Shown in pieces: positions 22,085 to 32,670 of a stretch of 59,357 nucleotides of DNA (position 1 is its first letter; the number at the start of each line of letters is the position of its first letter). Source of the DNA: a virus (lineage: Duplodnaviria > Caudoviricetes); the IMG/VR virus record IMGVR_UViG_3300042486_000337, positions 1 to 59,357 of that record. The stretch is one strand, 5' to 3'. The translations under genes were made by a program, and so were the position numbers. Below the pieces are notes generated by a model. The model did no database searches, was not told the origin of the DNA, and saw nothing but the letters and a program-made list of their open reading frames with translations.

Positions 22085-23602
22085 ATGTCAATATTAAGGT
22101 CTTACATAAATAAGAATAATACAATTACATCAAATTCTTATACCAATACAGGTAGAAACCCTGTTATTGAACTGAATTTTGGGGATGCTAGTACCATTAC
22201 CCGAAATTTTGGATTTACGCGATTTATTTTCGATTTAGATTTAGAATTATTACGAGAAAATATTTCATCAGGAATTATTTCTACAGGATGTACCACAGGA
22301 ATGACACATAGTCTGTTTATGACAAATACATCCTCATTTGATAATGAGTTGTTAAATACTGTGATGTCAAATGAAAGAAGACGAGCAACATCATTTGATT
22401 TGATTTTATTTCGAATCCCAAAAACTTCAGGTTCAACAGGAAACCCCCAATTTTGGGATGAAGGTGTCGGATACGATTATGCCGATTTTAACGTAAGTCA
22501 AAGTACTCCCGCCGGAAACTCAACACCTTTAACTTATGTTGATAGTAGGTCATTTTCCACTCGACCATCCAATTGGTTTCAAACAACAACAATCAGTGAT
22601 TGGTCTCAAGAAGGTCTATACAATAATAAAAATGAGGGGGTAGTTAATTATTCGGAATTAACCATAATCGCAAGACAACATTTCGAATTGGGGAATGAAG
22701 ACCTTGAAATGGATATGACGGAGGAGATTAACGGAATCTTAAACGGAACCATAACCGGAGTTACAGGATGGGGAATTGCATATCTACCCCAAATAGAAAA
22801 TATTACGGGTTTAACCGATAGTTATAGTGTTGCATTCTTTTCAAGACACACACAAACATTTTATCAACCATTTTTACAAACAACTTATGATGATTTAATA
22901 AAGGATGATAGAAACTTATTTCTAAAAAACCAACAAAACAAATTATACTTATATGTTTACCAAAATGGTGATTTTGTAAACTTAGATGCTGACCCGGTTG
23001 TTAGAATTGAAGACCGGAATGGTGATGCGGTTTCAGGAATGACAACATTACAAACTTGTTTAAAAACAAAAGGAATTTATGAAGTAATCGTTCCTAACGG
23101 ATTTTCGGGTTCTCCAACTCCTTGTGTATTTTATGACATTTGGTCAGGGTTAACAATTAACGGACAATCACTTCCAAACGTGACAAATCAATTCACACTA
23201 CAACAATATACCGCAGGAATACAAATTGGTTCCAAATCAAAAGAACCGTCAAAATTTGGTTTTGATTTCTATGGTATATTACAAGATGAACAAATCCTTA
23301 ATACTGATATTAGAAAGGTTGGTGTTACAATTAAAAAGGCATATACAGGACAAGTTCCTTTGGAAAATGTTTCAGCGTTCTATAGAGTGTTCGTAAAAGA
23401 AGGAACTACTGAAGTTTTAGTTCAAGATTGGACGCCAATCAATAGAACTCCAAATGAATATTATTTCATATTTGATATGAGAGACAAAATACCTAATCAA
23501 TATTATGTTGATATTCAGGTGAATACTTCAGGGGAGAAAGATACTTATAAGAGACAATTGACATTTAGTGTCGTTAATAAAAAACAAAATTATACAACAT
23601 AA
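22085..23602 (+). CDS. Hypothetical virion structural protein
   Basis: T/S/G-rich beta-type composition; TATTTATA upstream. Confidence 0.55.
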   Translation: MSILRSYINKNNTITSNSYTNTGRNPVIELNFGDASTITRNFGFTRFIFDLDLELLRENISSGIISTGCTTGMTHSLFMTNTSSFDNELLNTVMSNERRRATSFDLILFRIPKTSGSTGNPQFWDEGVGYDYADFNVSQSTPAGNSTPLTYVDSRSFSTRPSNWFQTTTISDWSQEGLYNNKNEGVVNYSELTIIARQHFELGNEDLEMDMTEEINGILNGTITGVTGWGIAYLPQIENITGLTDSYSVAFFSRHTQTFYQPFLQTTYDDLIKDDRNLFLKNQQNKLYLYVYQNGDFVNLDADPVVRIEDRNGDAVSGMTTLQTCLKTKGIYEVIVPNGFSGSPTPCVFYDIWSGLTINGQSLPNVTNQFTLQQYTAGIQIGSKSKEPSKFGFDFYGILQDEQILNTDIRKVGVTIKKAYTGQVPLENVSAFYRVFVKEGTTEVLVQDWTPINRTPNEYYFIFDMRDKIPNQYYVDIQVNTSGEKDTYKRQLTFSVVNKKQNYTT

Positions 23603-23603
23603 T

Positions 23604-24068
23604 ATGAAAAAAGTAGTAAAATTGACTGAGTCAGATTTAAACAGAATCGTAAAAAAAGTTCTTAACGAACAAGAGGTTGAAAATGCAAATTATATGTTCT
23701 TTTCAAATTTACAACAAATGAAAAGACAAATTGAAATGATGTTAGATATGGACCCTGAAGAAATAAACAGAATTATCCAAAATGGGCACGATTGGGCTGA
23801 CGACCATATTTCAGAGGCCAAAACAAATATGGACCAAGTATTTGATTTCTTAAAAAATGAAATGGAATATGAAGAGGCGGAATATGAAAATATTTATGAA
23901 GGTAAAAAAAAAGCGGGTACAAAACTTTGTTCAAGAGGTTTAGCAGCCGCTAAGGGTAAATTTAAAGTTCACCCCTCGGCTTATAGTAATGCTTACGGCG
24001 TACAGGTATGTCAAGGAACAAAACCAGGGTTAGATGGTAAAAAAAGTTGTTCACCACCTTACTGTTAA
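23604..24068 (+). CDS. Hypothetical protein with KLTESDL N-terminal motif and basic Cys-containing C-terminus
   Basis: ATG at 23604 gives MKKVVKLTESDL; C-terminal HPSAYSNA. Confidence 0.7.
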   Translation: MKKVVKLTESDLNRIVKKVLNEQEVENANYMFFSNLQQMKRQIEMMLDMDPEEINRIIQNGHDWADDHISEAKTNMDQVFDFLKNEMEYEEAEYENIYEGKKKAGTKLCSRGLAAAKGKFKVHPSAYSNAYGVQVCQGTKPGLDGKKSCSPPYC

Positions 24069-24137
24069 TTTTTAAAAAATATTTTTTATTTTTGTTTTTT
24101 TTTGTTTATCATTATGAAAAACTAATTCATAAGTATT

Positions 24138-24542
24138 ATGGTAAACTTATTACACAAATTAAAAAGGAAAGTTCAAAAGAAATACATCTCATTAGCGAGA
24201 ACGGTACAATTCCAAAACAATCAAAAAACAATATATGAATCTGAATGTATTTCAATTTGTAAAAAATTGATTATTAAAGAGAATTCTACACTTATGTCAA
24301 CACCAATTTCTAATAAGAAATATATTAGAAATGATGAAAATGACATATTTGTAATTTTGGATTCAAACCATGTCCAAGTAATTAATCACATTTATTCTTA
24401 CAATGTTCTATTAAGTGATAAGTCTTGGGACTTCTTAACAAGTTATTTTAATAATGAGGTTGAAAGACGAAGAATTGAATTTGAAAAAGAGATAACATCA
24501 AACATCCAACATTCATTAAAAAACATCTTAACTAAATTATAA
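24138..24542 (+). CDS. Hypothetical protein
   Basis: ORF. Confidence 0.65.
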   Translation: MVNLLHKLKRKVQKKYISLARTVQFQNNQKTIYESECISICKKLIIKENSTLMSTPISNKKYIRNDENDIFVILDSNHVQVINHIYSYNVLLSDKSWDFLTSYFNNEVERRRIEFEKEITSNIQHSLKNILTKL

Positions 24543-24916
24543 TGAGAAATAAAGCATTCAAAAATACATTATATGGAGGAATATTAATGATTGTGGTGGT
24601 CGTTTCATTACTTGCCTCCTTGATGTTTAACATTTACAATTATGTTAGACCGAAAGTAAGTAATTTTATAAAGAGTGGTGAAACTCAACAACAAGATAGT
24701 GTTTATGAAGTTACATCAACATTAATTCTTGAACCTGAAACGCCAAAATTTGAGGTTATTGAAAAATATCCTGAAATTGATAGTCATCAAAAAATTCCCG
24801 TTAAAAAAATAATTGAAGATAAACCTAAAAAATCTATTAAAGTAGATGCACCTAAAGATACCATATCTTCAATCAGAGAGGTTAAAGTTAGGATGGTGAT
24901 AGATACTTCCGATTAA
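24542..24916 (+). CDS. Hypothetical membrane-anchored protein
   Basis: N-terminal hydrophobic helix GGILMIVVVVSLLASLMF. Confidence 0.65.
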   Translation: MRNKAFKNTLYGGILMIVVVVSLLASLMFNIYNYVRPKVSNFIKSGETQQQDSVYEVTSTLILEPETPKFEVIEKYPEIDSHQKIPVKKIIEDKPKKSIKVDAPKDTISSIREVKVRMVIDTSD

Positions 24917-25353
24917 GAGTTTTTTACCTCATTTAAGACCTGTAGAATAATTTCTCGTAGAGATTCGTTCTTTGGTTTATAACTAGTCATTTTAGGTTTG
25001 TTACCTGTTCCCGATTTAGGGTTTGATTTTTCGGCCTTTCTTTTTTGTTGACAAGCACTTTTTTTTTCGGAATCTGTCATCTTACCTGCAACTCCAGCCG
25101 CACGACATTTAGGGTATCCTTTATCTTTTGCTTCAGGTCTACCACAAGGTGGATGTTTACCATCAACCTTACGACAAATATTAACCCAAGGGCCTTTTGG
25201 TTGTTTACTACCTTTTGGTTTTTTCTTCGTTCCAAACCATACCGCCAAATCTTCTTTTAATAGTTCGGTTATTTGATGAGTAATTTCATCTGGGGAACCT
25301 ACATTGACAACATTATCTGAATCAATAACTTCACTAATTCTATTTCTTTCCAT
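24913..25353 (-). CDS. Hypothetical basic Cys-containing protein
   Basis: LAVWF...WVNIC...PCGR...YPKCR; TATTTATA upstream. Confidence 0.7.
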   Translation of the reverse strand: MERNRISEVIDSDNVVNVGSPDEITHQITELLKEDLAVWFGTKKKPKGSKQPKGPWVNICRKVDGKHPPCGRPEAKDKGYPKCRAAGVAGKMTDSEKKSACQQKRKAEKSNPKSGTGNKPKMTSYKPKNESLREIILQVLNEVKNS

Positions 25354-25384
25354 ATACTTACTATAAATATATTGACATTACATT

Positions 25385-25591
25385 ATGGAAGAAGAAAAAC
25401 AACCCATCGCATACCTTTTTGAAGAGGTTGCACTTTACAAACCTGAAGACCTTGAAAACTTAATAGATAACTTAACAGATGAACAGGCGAAGTTTATGAT
25501 AATACGGGCCGTTCAAATGGCGTATAAACATGGGATATTCTCTTTAACCGAATCGGAAATTATTTCAAAATCTTTAAGAAGATTAAAATAA
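25385..25591 (+). CDS. Hypothetical protein
   Basis: ORF followed by terminator. Confidence 0.65.
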   Translation: MEEEKQPIAYLFEEVALYKPEDLENLIDNLTDEQAKFMIIRAVQMAYKHGIFSLTESEIISKSLRRLK

Positions 25592-25621
25592 AAAAAAAGA
25601 GTCTCACGGGACTCTTTTTTT
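25591..25621. terminator. Bidirectional intrinsic terminator
   Basis: A-tract GAGTCT..GGACTC T-tract between convergent genes. Confidence 0.75.
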
Positions 25622-25626
25622 ATTTA

Positions 25627-26409
25627 TTATATTTCATTACCACAAGAAGGACAAAATTTCCATTTGAATTTAACTGATTTACCACACTCGGTACAATATT
25701 GTCGAATTTCATTTGATTCAACATTCTTATTACTCACAGGTAAAATTTTGAACTTAACCTTATGTGATGTGAAATAATTAAAATTTTCAAATGTGTTTGT
25801 AAAAGTTTGTTCGGATTTTCCTCCTTTCTCAACTCTACCGGTTTCAATAGACCTTTTATTTGGTCCCGTCGGAGTAGTATTACCAAAATTTAATGTTGAA
25901 TTTGCATTAGTATTATACGAAACCGATGATAAACTAGTTGTCCAAGTCATATCACCATAATATGGTGAATTTGTTAAGTTTGGATTACCCGGTCTATTTT
26001 CCAATGTTGTTGTTACATTACCATTTAAGTTTAAATACCCCCCATATGATGAAAATACTTGTTCATCATAAAATTCAACTTGAACATCCCCATTTAACTC
26101 AATTGCTTCCCGATTTTCGGAAGTATTTTTAACATCATAGGTATTGAACTCAAATTTATTATTTGAGTCAAGGAAACGTTCCAAAAACACCCTTTGACCC
26201 GGACGAACGACAATACCATTAGATGATATGTATTCACCATTCAATTTGATTTTACAGAGAACCGATTTTTGGGTTGGATTATGAATTTCGAATTCGAAAT
26301 TGTCTTTATCGTTAAGGAATACGATATGACCATTATAGACTTTAAGACGCGACTTTTTCTTTGTGATATGGGCAGTCGGTTTACCCACCTGTTTTGTTGT
26401 GTAATTCAT
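25627..26409 (-). CDS. Hypothetical protein with C-terminal zinc ribbon
   Basis: CTECG...FCPSCG. Confidence 0.75.
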   Translation of the reverse strand: MNYTTKQVGKPTAHITKKKSRLKVYNGHIVFLNDKDNFEFEIHNPTQKSVLCKIKLNGEYISSNGIVVRPGQRVFLERFLDSNNKFEFNTYDVKNTSENREAIELNGDVQVEFYDEQVFSSYGGYLNLNGNVTTTLENRPGNPNLTNSPYYGDMTWTTSLSSVSYNTNANSTLNFGNTTPTGPNKRSIETGRVEKGGKSEQTFTNTFENFNYFTSHKVKFKILPVSNKNVESNEIRQYCTECGKSVKFKWKFCPSCGNEI

Positions 26410-26441
26410 TTCTTTAAATTTTACAATAGTTAATGACTATG

Positions 26442-26500
26442 TTACCAATACCTTCGTGTCCGTGAATACTCTACAGCTCGTTATGGCTGGGGACTGATAA
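26442..26500 (-). ncRNA. Candidate structured 5' leader (three-way junction)
   Basis: TTATCAGT pairs with ATTGGTAA; internal CAGC/GCTG hairpin; GC-rich island in an AT-rich UTR. Confidence 0.4.
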
Positions 26501-26571
26501 ACTAAAATCTATTTATAAATATATGATAGAGTTATTTTAGATAAATAAGATATTTATATAAAAAACCAAAA

Positions 26572-27138
26572 ATGAAAAAAGTAATACGTTTAAGTGAAAA
26601 TGACTTAATTAATATCGTTAAAAGAATTGTTAATGAGCAAGTTAGTGATGAATATTTGGATAGAAATTACAATACATCACAAAATTATTTAACGCAAAAA
26701 CCGACAGGAGAGGGTAATAAGAATAAGTTTAAAGTCATAACCCCTAAAAAATTACCGGAATATATGAAATGGTATCCTTCGGGTAATTACGTACAAATTC
26801 AAGATTTTATGCAAAAACAATATGGTAATTCACCTGGTTTATCTAAAGAACAATTATTAAAAGTTAAATCACCGAATTATGTTTTATTTCAACAATTTTT
26901 AAATACAGTTAACGCCGGATTATGGGTTGCCGCAAAATTAAACATGAATGGTAAAAAATTTATACAAGATTATAACTTAAGTAATTTAAATAGAGAAAAT
27001 AGTGGATTCTATGTTACAAAAGACTTTTTAAAACTATTTGAGGAAAATTTACCTAAAATAGGTAGAGAACCAATACTTAAACAATTTATTGCCAAAGTTA
27101 TTGATGACAGACTAAGACAAGTTGGAACTTATGGTTAA
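26572..27138 (+). CDS. Hypothetical protein with MKKVIRLSENDL N-terminal motif
   Basis: Shared N-terminal motif; TATTTATA upstream. Confidence 0.7.
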   Translation: MKKVIRLSENDLINIVKRIVNEQVSDEYLDRNYNTSQNYLTQKPTGEGNKNKFKVITPKKLPEYMKWYPSGNYVQIQDFMQKQYGNSPGLSKEQLLKVKSPNYVLFQQFLNTVNAGLWVAAKLNMNGKKFIQDYNLSNLNRENSGFYVTKDFLKLFEENLPKIGREPILKQFIAKVIDDRLRQVGTYG

Positions 27139-27563
27139 GGTATCACAAGATTAGTCGGATAACCAAAAGAACATAATTGAGATACCATATTTTCAAGTGT
27201 TGTTATTAAAACAGTGTCAAATAAAGTATCTTTCTCTTTATATATTGCAACTTTCCAAATCTTTCCACCTTTGGTTAAATAACTTAAGTATATCCATTTT
27301 TCTTCGTTATTTTGTCTATACTCAATTAAAGTAGCATCAGTACCATTTATACTAACTTTTTTTGATTTAGTATCAATCACCCATTTTGTTTTAACGGATT
27401 TAATATCCAAATATTCAATTAATTTTAAGTCTTCTAAACTACCAAATGATGTTTCTATTGGAGCCTTAAACCATTGAGTACTATCTAATTCAAATGTAAT
27501 TACTTGAGAAAATGAAACTGACGTTACAAATAAAAACAGGACGATTGAAATTATCTTTTTCAT
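27135..27563 (-). CDS. Secreted hypothetical protein (paralog A)
   Basis: Signal peptide MKKIISIV...SFS/Q. Confidence 0.7.
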   Translation of the reverse strand: MKKIISIVLFLFVTSVSFSQVITFELDSTQWFKAPIETSFGSLEDLKLIEYLDIKSVKTKWVIDTKSKKVSINGTDATLIEYRQNNEEKWIYLSYLTKGGKIWKVAIYKEKDTLFDTVLITTLENMVSQLCSFGYPTNLVIP

Positions 27564-27601
27564 ATATATAATAAATTTAGAGTTTAGAATTTTTTTTTAA
27601 T

Positions 27602-28039
27602 TTAGAATTTTGTTTTTAAATTGATTGGATATCCAAAATAACCTTTTTTATAATTGGGGTCTTTATCTAATTTTGTTACAATAACAATATCTTTATTTGT
27701 TCCTGTTTCGGTCCCAATTGCTAATTTATGTAGTTCACCTTTGGGGTCCAAAAACTCAATGTAAATACATTTTTCGTTTGAATTTGTATCTGAACTTATT
27801 ATTGTAATAATTTTCTTTCCAACCTTGAATGTATTTTGGTTTAAATCAATTGTCCAAACATGTTTTCTAATTTTATTCAAATCAAAATACTCAAGTTTAT
27901 CTAATCTTGACGCTTCGTTAATACTTAGGTTTGAAGGACACTTGAATAATTGTATCTCATCTAACTCAAATGTAATTACTTGAGAAAATGAAATTGTGGT
28001 GATGATTAATGATAGGATAATTGAAATTATTTTTTTCAT
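27602..28039 (-). CDS. Secreted hypothetical protein (paralog B)
   Basis: MKKIISII...SFS/QVITFELD and C-terminal FGYP.NL shared with neighbour. Confidence 0.7.
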   Translation of the reverse strand: MKKIISIILSLIITTISFSQVITFELDEIQLFKCPSNLSINEASRLDKLEYFDLNKIRKHVWTIDLNQNTFKVGKKIITIISSDTNSNEKCIYIEFLDPKGELHKLAIGTETGTNKDIVIVTKLDKDPNYKKGYFGYPINLKTKF

Positions 28040-28079
28040 AATGATTATAATTTAGACCACAAAGATAATGTATTTTTTT

Positions 28080-28766
28080 TTAATCGTTAAAAATTTTATT
28101 TGATTTTCGAATATTTTCTTCACCCCACATTGGTTGTAGGTTTTCTAATGACCAACATTTCATAAATTCACTATCTCCCATTTTTTGTATATTAAATGAC
28201 GAGATAGGTAGTTTATGGTCAACATGCCATTCACCATAATTTTCCCATGTTATTCCTTCGGTAAATTGTTTTTCCAAATGAACGATTAATTGTTCAGGAG
28301 TATATTGTAACACATCAAAATATGATTGATTCTTATCGACCCGGTTTTCTTTTAATACCTGATATATCGCAGTTCTAAAATTACTGATTAATTTATAGAG
28401 GGGGTCATTGGCTTTACGAGTTTTTTCGTAATTACGTCTTAATTGTCTAATCTTATCTCTATTCTTTTCTCTATATTCTTTAATGTATTCATTCCATTTT
28501 TCTTTATTTTCTGAATACCATTTTTTATGATATTCTAATTTTTTTTCTTTATGTTTATAATAAGTTCGTTTATCTGACGCTTTTTTACCACCAAGAAATC
28601 TTCTACCGGATGGTCCCATAACAACACCATTTTCTTTTAATACTTTTAAAATTGTTGGTTTACTAATTCCTGTTTTTTCTGCTATAGTATGAGACCCCAA
28701 AAGGTCTTCATTATACATTTTAAGTATATTTTTTAGTTCTTCTTCTGTTGGTATAAATTTTTTCAT
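28080..28766 (-). mobile_element. Free-standing HNH homing endonuclease
   Basis: WHVDHKLP...NLQPMW.EENIRKSNK; N-terminal HTH-like segment; next to major capsid gene. Confidence 0.8.
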
Positions 28767-28821
28767 ATAATATAAATATACAACAATTATACCAAAAAAC
28801 CTATTATTAAAATAAAGACAT

Positions 28822-28850
28822 AAAAAAAAGGGACATATAGTCCCTTTTTT
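28822..28850 (-). terminator. Intrinsic terminator after major capsid gene
   Basis: AAAAAAAGGGAC-ATATA-GTCCCTTTTTT. Confidence 0.8.
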
Positions 28851-28872
28851 ATTAAAAATTTTAAGATTTTGA

Positions 28873-30726
28873 TTATCTCAATTCTCTTAAATCGAATGTT
28901 CTAACACCATCAACAGTAATTCTTCCGTAAAATCTGTTGTTGACCATCTTCTTCGCGTATCTAGTCATGATACCTTTGATTGGTGTAAAGTTAAACGGAT
29001 TGTACATTGTAGGAGTTAATTGTAATGGAACGTATGGTGCGTAGATGTAACCTGTATCTAATAAAGATGTTCCTTTGTGTCCCATTAACACTTGGTTAGG
29101 TGGGAAGTAAGGGTCTCTATATACTTGGTAACGACCTGCTAATGTTCCAACTCTTTCAATACCCATGTTATATTGGTCTTGTTCAGGAGCCGCGTTTGAT
29201 ACGTGGAAATATTCCAAGTCATCAAAAATAGCACTGATTTCAGAAGAAACAACAATCCAGTTAGCTCCACCTCTCAACGTTGATTTGTGGATTTGAGCTG
29301 AAATTTGGTTGATAGCTGTGATTAAAGTTTGGTTCCAATCTTTTTGAGTATAAGGAACTGCACTTGAACCAAGACGTTTCCAACCATTGTAATCCCATCT
29401 CAAGTTCCAAGCCGCACCTTTACGTAAATCTCTTAAGATTTCACGGTCGATTTCAGCCGCAACTTGCTCAGATAACAATGCAGTTAACTCAGCTTCAGCG
29501 TCAATGTTATGGAAAGCCGCAACGTCTTGTGCCATTTCAGGAGACCATTGAGCTCTTAATTTTCTTTCTGTTACAGAAACAGTTACTGATTGAAGGTCAA
29601 AAGAAACCTCACCAATTCTATCTTCAAACTCTAAGTTTTTGTAAAGTCTGTAAGTTGCAACAAATGCGTTATTTGCCACTGTATTAGACGAAAATGTTGA
29701 ACCTGTGTAACCGTCTAATGAACCACCACAAGTAATACATACAGGTGTTTGTAAATCAACTTCTAAATATATAAAACCATTAACGTCACATATGTTATCA
29801 TATTGACCACCGTCTGTTAAACTAGAAGGGAATGACGCAGTAGCGTTATTATTACCGTATTGTACAATTCCTTTACCATATCTTTGAGTTACAACTCTAA
29901 ATAAATAAGGGTTATTTACGTTTGCCGATGTTGTTGTGTTTCCTGCGGCACCTTTGATAGTTAAGTCAGATAAAAACGACTCAGTATCTATTGGGTTACC
30001 ATCAGGTCCAATTAACTTTCCGCCAGCAACTTGTGAAAATCCTGACATAATAAGTAATACTTTTCTATAACTACCATTACCATCAGTTCCTCCGGTAACA
30101 CTGTTATAAGCCGCTGGTTCCAAATTACCTGTATTACTATTCCACTGTGCAGTAACAACCGAAGTAGTTGGTGCGGTAATTGCAGAAAACTGTCCTTTAG
30201 AATAATCAAATAAACCTGGTGGGTCTAATGCCGGTTCGTTACCTTCATAAAATCTATCATAAAGGTCTTTAGTGTTGTTATAATCATAACCACTTCCTGG
30301 ACCGTTAGGACCATCAATAGCGTTGTCATATCCTGGTGCTCCAAAAGGTTTACGGTGGATACCATTAGTTGATGTTGAATCTTCAGTGTACGCCTGAATG
30401 TTAGGTACAAAGTAGAACAATTTACCGATTGGTAAGTTCATTGCCTGTACTGAAACGATGTCGTTCGCTAATAATTTAGAGAATACACGTCTAACGATTG
30501 GGAAAACCACTGTTTCAAATGCACCTGTATCAGATGTAGATGATGCCTCATTAATTAAATATGATGCTTGGTTTTCGTATAATTGTGCTACGTTTTCTCT
30601 CATGTGACCTTTAAGACCCTCTAAGAATCCTAATTTATCCCATTTGTTGATTGTGTCTTCTTTAATAACTTTAAGGTGTTTTAAACCAATGTTACCTACA
30701 AGACCTGATTCTAATAATGCTCCCAT
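28873..30726 (-). CDS. Major capsid protein (T4 gp23-like)
   Basis: VSVQAMNLPIG, RKLRAQWSPEMAQD, AEIDREI, YAPYVPL, GIMTRY. Confidence 0.95.
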   Translation of the reverse strand: MGALLESGLVGNIGLKHLKVIKEDTINKWDKLGFLEGLKGHMRENVAQLYENQASYLINEASSTSDTGAFETVVFPIVRRVFSKLLANDIVSVQAMNLPIGKLFYFVPNIQAYTEDSTSTNGIHRKPFGAPGYDNAIDGPNGPGSGYDYNNTKDLYDRFYEGNEPALDPPGLFDYSKGQFSAITAPTTSVVTAQWNSNTGNLEPAAYNSVTGGTDGNGSYRKVLLIMSGFSQVAGGKLIGPDGNPIDTESFLSDLTIKGAAGNTTTSANVNNPYLFRVVTQRYGKGIVQYGNNNATASFPSSLTDGGQYDNICDVNGFIYLEVDLQTPVCITCGGSLDGYTGSTFSSNTVANNAFVATYRLYKNLEFEDRIGEVSFDLQSVTVSVTERKLRAQWSPEMAQDVAAFHNIDAEAELTALLSEQVAAEIDREILRDLRKGAAWNLRWDYNGWKRLGSSAVPYTQKDWNQTLITAINQISAQIHKSTLRGGANWIVVSSEISAIFDDLEYFHVSNAAPEQDQYNMGIERVGTLAGRYQVYRDPYFPPNQVLMGHKGTSLLDTGYIYAPYVPLQLTPTMYNPFNFTPIKGIMTRYAKKMVNNRFYGRITVDGVRTFDLRELR

Positions 30727-30759
30727 TTTAGTATTGTTTTGTTTTAAATTTATTTTTTA

Positions 30760-32253
30760 TTACCCCAACTTACTAATCAAATCCTTCATTCTTAATAATT
30801 GTGGATTCTCATAGGTTTTAGTTTCAATTAGAGTAGTTGATGAACCTGTAGATACGGTTTTATTTAATTTAGTACCTACTGATTCGTTTATTGATTTTGT
30901 TTCTACCTTAGCTAACTCATCTTTGATTGACTTATAAAGATTTTTAGATTCTTTTAAAGTCTCAACATCGTCAAATCTTCTAAGGATATTTATTTTTTCT
31001 TTTTTAGTTGTTGAATGTTCTGTGAACAATCTAGTAGCGTAAGCCAAGTTTGAATTGAATATAGCAACTTCATTAAGTTTTTCTCTGAAAACATTTAATG
31101 CTTTTCTATACTCATCATTCTTTTGTCTCAACATACTAACTTCTTCTTGAGTAGATTCAGTTTTAACACCATTTTTACCATAAGCAAAATTTCTGTTAGG
31201 TGTAATACCTTTTCTTAATCCTCTACCTTCTTTAGAACCCATTCCATAGGTTCTTGCCGCTTCCTTAGTTTCTTCTTTTTCGAAAGCCTTTCTTTTAAGA
31301 GTGTCTCCTTTTTTAGTTGTGTAATTACCTTCTTTAGTTTCAGATTTAACAACTTTGGATTTACCTTCCATGTTCGCACCTTTCTTATATTCGAATTTAG
31401 CTTTTCCGGTACCCATTGTTTTTGGACCTTGTTTTTTGTCTTCTTTAAATCCTCCTGCAGCTTTGTCTTTGTAAGAGAATTTAGGACCTTTACCAATTCC
31501 AACACCTTTAGGTTTGTAGGTTTCATTAGTCATGTCTTCCATTTCGATTTCATAAACAACTTCGTCGTCCATGTCTTCTTCGTCCATTTCGATTTCGTAA
31601 ACAACTTCATCCATGTCTTCTTCATCCATTTCTTCTCCAATGTCTGACATATCACCACTAAAAATAGCATCAATAACACTCTGAACATCTTCGTCTTCTT
31701 CGTCAAGTTCTTCCATGTCATCATACTCTTCCATTATGTCGTCATCTTCTTCGTCAAGTTCTTCCATGTCATCTTCTTCCATCATGTCTTCCTCAGATTC
31801 ACCAAGTTTTACAAGATATTCAACATCAGCGTCACTATCAGTTAAATGAACATCACCACCGTCTTTTTTTACGATAATACCATCATTTTCACCCATCGCT
31901 TTGAATACTTTTAAGATTTCTTCATCAGATGCGTTAGTTAAGTCGATTGGAGTTTCTTCGTCTTCAAAATCCATGTCCATATCCATGCTAATTTCCATAT
32001 CATCTTCATCAGAAGAATCCATATCATCCATGTCTATGTCCATTTCTACGTCATCGTTATCAACTGACATATCGATATCAGTATCTAATTCAACCTCATC
32101 TTCTTCATCTTGTTCAGAAAGAGATTCCTTTACTAATTGATTGATTTCTTTCTTCATTGTAGAAGCAAGTATTCCTTTTGCATTTTCGGCTATAGCTTCT
32201 TCAACTTGTTTCATTTGAATAAGAGCCTCTTGAACTAATTTGTTTTCACTCAT
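30760..32253 (-). CDS. Prohead core/scaffolding protein
   Basis: Highly acidic, coiled-coil, directly upstream of the major capsid gene. Confidence 0.7.
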   Translation of the reverse strand: MSENKLVQEALIQMKQVEEAIAENAKGILASTMKKEINQLVKESLSEQDEEDEVELDTDIDMSVDNDDVEMDIDMDDMDSSDEDDMEISMDMDMDFEDEETPIDLTNASDEEILKVFKAMGENDGIIVKKDGGDVHLTDSDADVEYLVKLGESEEDMMEEDDMEELDEEDDDIMEEYDDMEELDEEDEDVQSVIDAIFSGDMSDIGEEMDEEDMDEVVYEIEMDEEDMDDEVVYEIEMEDMTNETYKPKGVGIGKGPKFSYKDKAAGGFKEDKKQGPKTMGTGKAKFEYKKGANMEGKSKVVKSETKEGNYTTKKGDTLKRKAFEKEETKEAARTYGMGSKEGRGLRKGITPNRNFAYGKNGVKTESTQEEVSMLRQKNDEYRKALNVFREKLNEVAIFNSNLAYATRLFTEHSTTKKEKINILRRFDDVETLKESKNLYKSIKDELAKVETKSINESVGTKLNKTVSTGSSTTLIETKTYENPQLLRMKDLISKLG

Positions 32254-32379
32254 ATAGGAAATATATTTATTTTACCTAATAAATATTACCAAAAAAATAA
32301 AAATCCCATTTATTGGTAGGGAAATGTTATTTTTTTTATTTTTATAGGTTTATGTATTATATAAATATTCCCGGAAATA

Positions 32380-32406
32380 AAAAAAGTGGTCTAAATAGAC
32401 CACTTT
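32380..32406 (-). terminator. Intrinsic terminator
   Basis: AAAGTGGTC-TAAATA-GACCACTTT with A-tract on + strand. Confidence 0.65.
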
Positions 32407-32450
32407 AACTTAATTGGTTTAAATAAACCAATTTATTTTTTTGTTTTAGA

Positions 32451-32660
32451 TTAATCAATAACTTCATCTATTTTACTCTCCGAAACTGAAGTTATTCTCC
32501 ACTCGTTAGCAAAACCTTGGTATTTCTCGGTAACCTTTGCTTCAACATCAGTTACTGAATATCCCTTTACAAGTTTCTCTTCTCTAATTTTTTTAATCTT
32601 ACCTGTATTGTCATCAGGTAAATCGTATTGAACTTTTGCTACAAAAAATTTTTCTTCCAT
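32451..32660 (-). CDS. Hypothetical protein
   Basis: ORF in head module. Confidence 0.7.
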   Translation of the reverse strand: MEEKFFVAKVQYDLPDDNTGKIKKIREEKLVKGYSVTDVEAKVTEKYQGFANEWRITSVSESKIDEVID

Positions 32661-32670
32661 ATTTTTAAAT

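Noticed and set aside
26442-26500. Hammerhead ribozyme (CTGTAGAG...CGAA)
   Set aside because: Core deviates from CUGANGA/GAAA and the CTG is in a stem
31540-31800. GAAGAAGAT/GACATG-type short repeats in scaffold gene, and PPMGG repeats in portal (35020-35115)
   Set aside because: Explained by low-complexity acidic or Pro-rich protein sequence
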